Shown: positions 60,818-64,000 of the stretch, in pieces
How the letters are laid out: every line of letters starts with the position of its first letter
Position numbering within the stretch: the first letter of the stretch is position 1
NCBI GenBank assembly: GCA_036388595.1
Contig: DASVRN010000269.1
Coordinates: 1,628 to 65,627, forward strand
DNA length: 64,000 bases
Reading direction: 5' to 3'
From: Chloroflexia bacterium
Lineage (GTDB): Bacteria; Chloroflexota; Chloroflexia; QHBQ01; JADMIH01
The notes under the pieces: generated by a model
What the model saw: only the letters and a program-made list of their open reading frames with translations
Told to the model about the DNA's origin: nothing
Databases searched by the model: none
Position numbers and translations under genes: made by a program

Positions 60818-62084
60818 TCTGGTTTCCGGCGGTCTCAGCGTGCCGCTTGCTCTTGCGCCTGCGACCGAAGGCCGCGGTATAGAGTTTCTCGAAGGTGCGG
60901 GCGGTGGTATCCCAGTTGAGATCGTCCTCCACGCGGCGGCGGCTCGCCTCCCCGTATTGCTGGCGCAGGTCGGGTGCCCTCAGCAGCAGGTTGATGGCCG
61001 CCGAAAGCTCGCCCGGCTGCTTCTCCGGCACCACCAGGCCGTTCTCGCCGTCCTTCACCGCCAGCGGTATGCCCGCCACGTTGGTCGCCACCACCGGGCG
61101 GGCCGAAGCCATCGCCTCCAGCAGCGTGTTGGGCAGGCCATCGACGTTCCCCTGCTGGTCCACCACCGAAGGCAGGACAAAGAGGTCGCAGCCACTGAAG
61201 TAGAGCGGCAGTTTGTCGCGCGACACCCACCCCGGCATGATAACCGACTTCTCGACGCCCAACTGCTTCACCAGCGACACCAGCTTGCTTTCGAGGTCGC
61301 CGCCCCCGGCCAGCACGATTTTAGCATTGGGGTGCTCGCGCAGCACGGCAGGCACGGCGCGTATCAGGTACTCGAAACCCTTCTTGTAAACCATGCGCCC
61401 CACCGCGAAGATGACAATCGCATCCTCCGGCAAGCCGAGTTCCTTGCGCAGCAGCGGCCCGGCACCTTCGATCCTCTTGAACTGGCTGGGGTCCACGCCA
61501 TAAGGCACGAGGTGGCACCGGTTGGCGGGAGCGCCTATCCGCATGGCGCGCTGGCGCAGGTCGTCGCTGGGCGCGGTAATAGAGTGTGCTGCCCTGAAGA
61601 CCCTGCGCGCCACTGAGGATATGAGGCGACTGTGCTCCGCGATGAAGACGTCCGAACCATGCAGGCTGACCACCAGTGGGAGCCTTCGGAGCCGCGCCAC
61701 CAGCGCCGCCACCGGGCCGTTGGGCACCACCCAGTGAGCGTGCATGATATCGAACTTGATTTCACGAGTAAGCTGGAGGAGCGACAGGAGGCTGCTGGCG
61801 AACACGACCGGCGTAAGGGGGAAGATAGCGCCTTTCACCCGTACGTCGGCCTCTAGCGCCTCCGCGTAGCCCCAGATGTTGAGGTGCCGTAGCGGGGCGT
61901 ACTTGAAGAAATGCAGGTGCACGCCCTTCTCCACAGGCTCGCGCTTGAGGTCGGGGTGATAGGGGGCGAGTACGTGTACTTCGTTGCCCCGCGCCGCGAT
62001 GCTGGCCGCTATCGACTCGATGAACGGTGCGGTAACGTCTCCTTCGTACTTGGGATAGGAGCTTGTTACCATGAGGATCTTCAT
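60801..62084 (-). CDS. GT4-family glycosyltransferase
   Basis: MKILMVTSSYPKYEGDVTAPFI N-domain; GLPNTLLEAMASARPVVATNVAGIPLAV. Confidence 0.8.
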   Translation of the reverse strand: MKILMVTSSYPKYEGDVTAPFIESIAASIAARGNEVHVLAPYHPDLKREPVEKGVHLHFFKYAPLRHLNIWGYAEALEADVRVKGAIFPLTPVVFASSLLSLLQLTREIKFDIMHAHWVVPNGPVAALVARLRRLPLVVSLHGSDVFIAEHSRLISSVARRVFRAAHSITAPSDDLRQRAMRIGAPANRCHLVPYGVDPSQFKRIEGAGPLLRKELGLPEDAIVIFAVGRMVYKKGFEYLIRAVPAVLREHPNAKIVLAGGGDLESKLVSLVKQLGVEKSVIMPGWVSRDKLPLYFSGCDLFVLPSVVDQQGNVDGLPNTLLEAMASARPVVATNVAGIPLAVKDGENGLVVPEKQPGELSAAINLLLRAPDLRQQYGEASRRRVEDDLNWDTTARTFEKLYTAAFGRRRKSKRHAETAGNQIEGAQ

Positions 62085-62177
62085 AGGTCTGGGTAGTTCC
62101 TACGCAGGATTGGATGCCGCCCACCATGTCAGGCACGCTGCCCATTATACAGCATATGCCCGCTACCTGCCCCGGAA

Positions 62178-62540
62178 CTACTTCAGCCCTCTAATGTAGA
62201 CAAGCAGGCTTGCCAATTCCTCCTCGGAGATTTCCCGGTCGCTGAAACCTGGCATGCGGGTCTTACCATGCCGGACGAGATCGCGTACCTGTTGGTCGGA
62301 GAGGCCCGGGAGCGCCCGGATGAGAGACGGTCCCGCGCCCAGGCCGCCGCCAGGGTGGCAGACGTTGCAGTAGCGTTGGAACACCACCTCACCGGAGCGG
62401 GGAACCCCCGTGCCGGAGTTACCACTCCCGCCGTTGTCGCAGGCAGCAAGGGCAACGGGTACAAGCAGCGCAGAAAGAATTAGCAACGTGCTGAGCACCA
62501 GGCGTGTGGGGGTGTGCGTTCTCAAGTTACGACTTTGCAT
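62178..62540 (-). CDS. Class I c-type cytochrome, lipoprotein (lipobox LAAC)
   Basis: CNVCH heme-binding motif; signal peptide with VPVALAAC; distal Met in GKTRMPGF. Confidence 0.75.
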   Translation of the reverse strand: MQSRNLRTHTPTRLVLSTLLILSALLVPVALAACDNGGSGNSGTGVPRSGEVVFQRYCNVCHPGGGLGAGPSLIRALPGLSDQQVRDLVRHGKTRMPGFSDREISEEELASLLVYIRGLK

Positions 62541-62620
62541 GACACGACTCGCGTGGGGAGGGATGGTAGCGCACCTTAGGGTGCATGTACAGGTTCTTCA
62601 TGTGCCCGTGCGCCGCGCAC

Positions 62621-62649
62621 ATTGTACAAGTGTGGAGCGCCACGGTCAA
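62621..62649 (-). promoter_or_regulatory. Candidate sigma70 promoter TTGACC-17-TACAAT for the cytochrome c gene (about 100-nt leader)
   Basis: Minus strand cttgacc gtggcgctccacacttg tacaat. Confidence 0.45.
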
Positions 62650-62684
62650 GCGTAAGAACCACCGGCAGCACAGTCATTAGAAGC

Positions 62685-62919
62685 TATCTCATAAACCTGG
62701 AGTCTGAGAAGAGAACCCAAAGCCCCACCCTGTCATTTCGAACGTAGTGAGAAATCTCGTCCCTCAGCACCCATGTCTCACCTTTCTCTTGGTTAATCTG
62801 TACTACAACGTACCACAAGAAAGCAGTAACATCCTGGTGAAGGACGAGATTTCTCACTACGTTCGAAATGACATAGGGGGGCTTTGCTGCTCGTATTCGG
62901 TCCGGTATTCATGAGATAG
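62685..62919. repeat. Low-GC palindromic element: perfect 31-bp inverted repeat (62732-62762 / 62842-62872) around a 79-bp spacer that is itself partly palindromic, with shorter outer inverted repeats (ctatctcat / atgagatag)
   Basis: GTCATTTCGAACGTAGTGAGAAATCTCGTCC and its exact reverse complement; local GC about 45% against about 65% background. Confidence 0.65.
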
Positions 62920-63169
62920 TTTCTAGAAATTCGGCTCGTTCACCGAATTTGATATATTCACCTCCTATCCTTTGCGCCTACGCGTCGTTATAACAATCGG
63001 AACGGCTTGATGAGTGCGCCCCTCATCTCTCCGTCAGGGCAGCCGGGGCACCTGTGCCCGTTTACGAGTACATTTTGCCTCGGCCAGCCCAGACCTTTTC
63101 CTCCCGCATAATCACTTCCATCACAACAGCTTCGTCCTACTACGTCGCACCCGATAAGAGGGTACTATC

Positions 63170-63313
63170 ATGGACCATGAGACTATCGAACAGAATTTCA
63201 CACATCACTTCGTAGGTTTTGCGGCAAGCGGCTTCGGCAAGGTGGGCCTCACCCTCAGCACGCTTGGCCTGCTCGTTGGTGGCTTGCTCGTTTCGCTCTG
63301 CGCCAGGTAAGAA
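63170..63313 (+). CDS. Candidate 47-aa hydrophobic small protein (MDHETIEQNFTHHFVGFAASGFGKVGLTLSTLGLLVGGLLVSLCAR)
   Basis: ATG with AGAGGG 9 nt upstream; single predicted TM; followed by an intrinsic terminator. Confidence 0.35.
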
Positions 63314-63332
63314 ACATCTCTACAACAAGCAA

Positions 63333-63365
63333 GAAGGACGACCTTGCGGTCGCCCTTCTTTTTAT
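63333..63365 (+). terminator. Rho-independent terminator (GAAGGACGACC-ttgc-GGTCGCCCTTC plus TTTTTAT)
   Basis: Seen directly; T tract on the plus strand only. Confidence 0.65.
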
Positions 63366-63380
63366 CCCATCGTAAGGCGA

Positions 63381-64000
63381 CTAACGCCGCGCTACTCCCA
63401 GGCTTATCGCCGCCCCGCCAACCTGTTCATCCTGGGTGAAGGCACCTTCCGGCGCGGCCCCCTCCACGAGGTCGTTCGACAGCGTCTCGGCCCGTATATA
63501 GTCGCCAAAGTTCTCCACGGCACCCTTTAGCAGGCTCGCGTCTCCGTTAGCGCCGCCTCCGGTCAGCCGGAAATACGTCGTGATGCGGTCGCTCACGTCG
63601 AAGTCCGCCGACTTGCGCATGTCGTTTATGACGCGCACGAGGTCGCGGGCCATACCCTCCTGCAACAGCGGCTCGTCCAGTTGCGTATCGAGCGCCACCA
63701 CCAGGCCGCCCTCCTGTGCCACCGCGAAGCCCTCCCGCTCGCGGGTCTCCACGACAAGCTCACCGGGCAAGAGTTCTACCGGCTCGTCCTCGCCATCCAG
63801 GTGGACGCGTACGGGCATCTCCTTCTCGACCGTGGCGGCCACCTCGGCCGGGTCGGCTTTGGCAAGCGCCTGCCGTATGGCGTTCAGGCGAGAGCCATAC
63901 TTGGGGCCGAGCGCGGCGAAGTTCGGCTTGATGACGAAGGTGATAAGCTCGCCCACCTGGTTGGTGAGGGTGAGGTTCTTCACGTTCAACTCCTCAAGCA
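63381..64000 (-). CDS. ileS: C-terminal end of isoleucyl-tRNA synthetase (gene continues beyond the window; the listed Met at 63989 is internal)
   Basis: LQEGMARDLVRVINDMRKSADFDVSDRITTYF resembles the conserved EGLAREhVRxIQxxRKxAGhxVxDRI block near the IleRS C-terminus. Confidence 0.45.
   Translation of the reverse strand, partial: LEELNVKNLTLTNQVGELITFVIKPNFAALGPKYGSRLNAIRQALAKADPAEVAATVEKEMPVRVHLDGEDEPVELLPGELVVETREREGFAVAQEGGLVVALDTQLDEPLLQEGMARDLVRVINDMRKSADFDVSDRITTYFRLTGGGANGDASLLKGAVENFGDYIRAETLSNDLVEGAAPEGAFTQDEQVGGAAISLGVARR

Noticed and set aside
63219-63530. 103-aa plus-strand ORF (MRQAASARWASPSARLACSL...) overlapping the ileS 3' end
   Set aside because: Overlaps the convergent ileS C-terminus and the terminator; Arg/Ser/Ala-rich; the alternative 47-aa sORF in another frame has better translation signals

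Overview
This is a high-GC (about 65%) bacterial chromosomal window. The gene content and envelope features suggest a monoderm, Chloroflexi- or Actinobacteria-like organism, but that is a weak inference. The left 20 kb is mostly housekeeping. It contains the 3' end of an HD-domain gene, a BlaI-family repressor, a YflT-like stress protein, comEC, a secreted clan GH-A glycoside hydrolase with LGFP repeats, DUF2071, tatD, a LysR regulator, an acetyl/acetoacetyl-CoA synthetase-like ligase, an FAH-family hydrolase, gatC-gatA, an FtsB/DivIC-like protein, an initiator tRNA-fMet, pepF, a tRNA(CAU) directly upstream of tilS-hpt. From about 20.9 to 62.1 kb the window is taken up by one very large cell-envelope glycan locus of about 41 kb. 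On the minus strand it is a 25-gene, tightly overlapping array: eight GT4 glycosyltransferases (a ninth, 22970..24290, lies just downstream of the S-layer gene), nine large polytopic membrane proteins with GT-C character and three class-I SAM methyltransferases (one with a zinc ribbon). Four of the membrane-protein genes are tandem paralogs. The array also holds a Wzx-like flippase, a Trm112-like protein and a DUF971 protein. The locus wraps around a gene for an 816-aa secreted protein with three C-terminal SLH domains, an S-layer candidate. I read this as a candidate, largely undescribed S-layer or secondary-cell-wall glycan (lipoglycan-type) assembly system. The non-coding signals are listed under features and findings: two copies of a roughly 170-bp MITE-like element whose terminal inverted repeats are (GATGGAC)n heptamers, a low-GC palindromic element of about 235 bp with a perfect 31-bp inverted repeat, a cluster of CRP/FNR-type TGTGA-N6-TCACA half-sites in a divergent promoter region, near-perfect sigma70 consensus promoters for both tRNAs, and a 21-bp tandem repeat in a structured leader upstream of the CoA-ligase gene. 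The right edge carries a lipoprotein cytochrome c, a small hydrophobic sORF and the 3' end of ileS.
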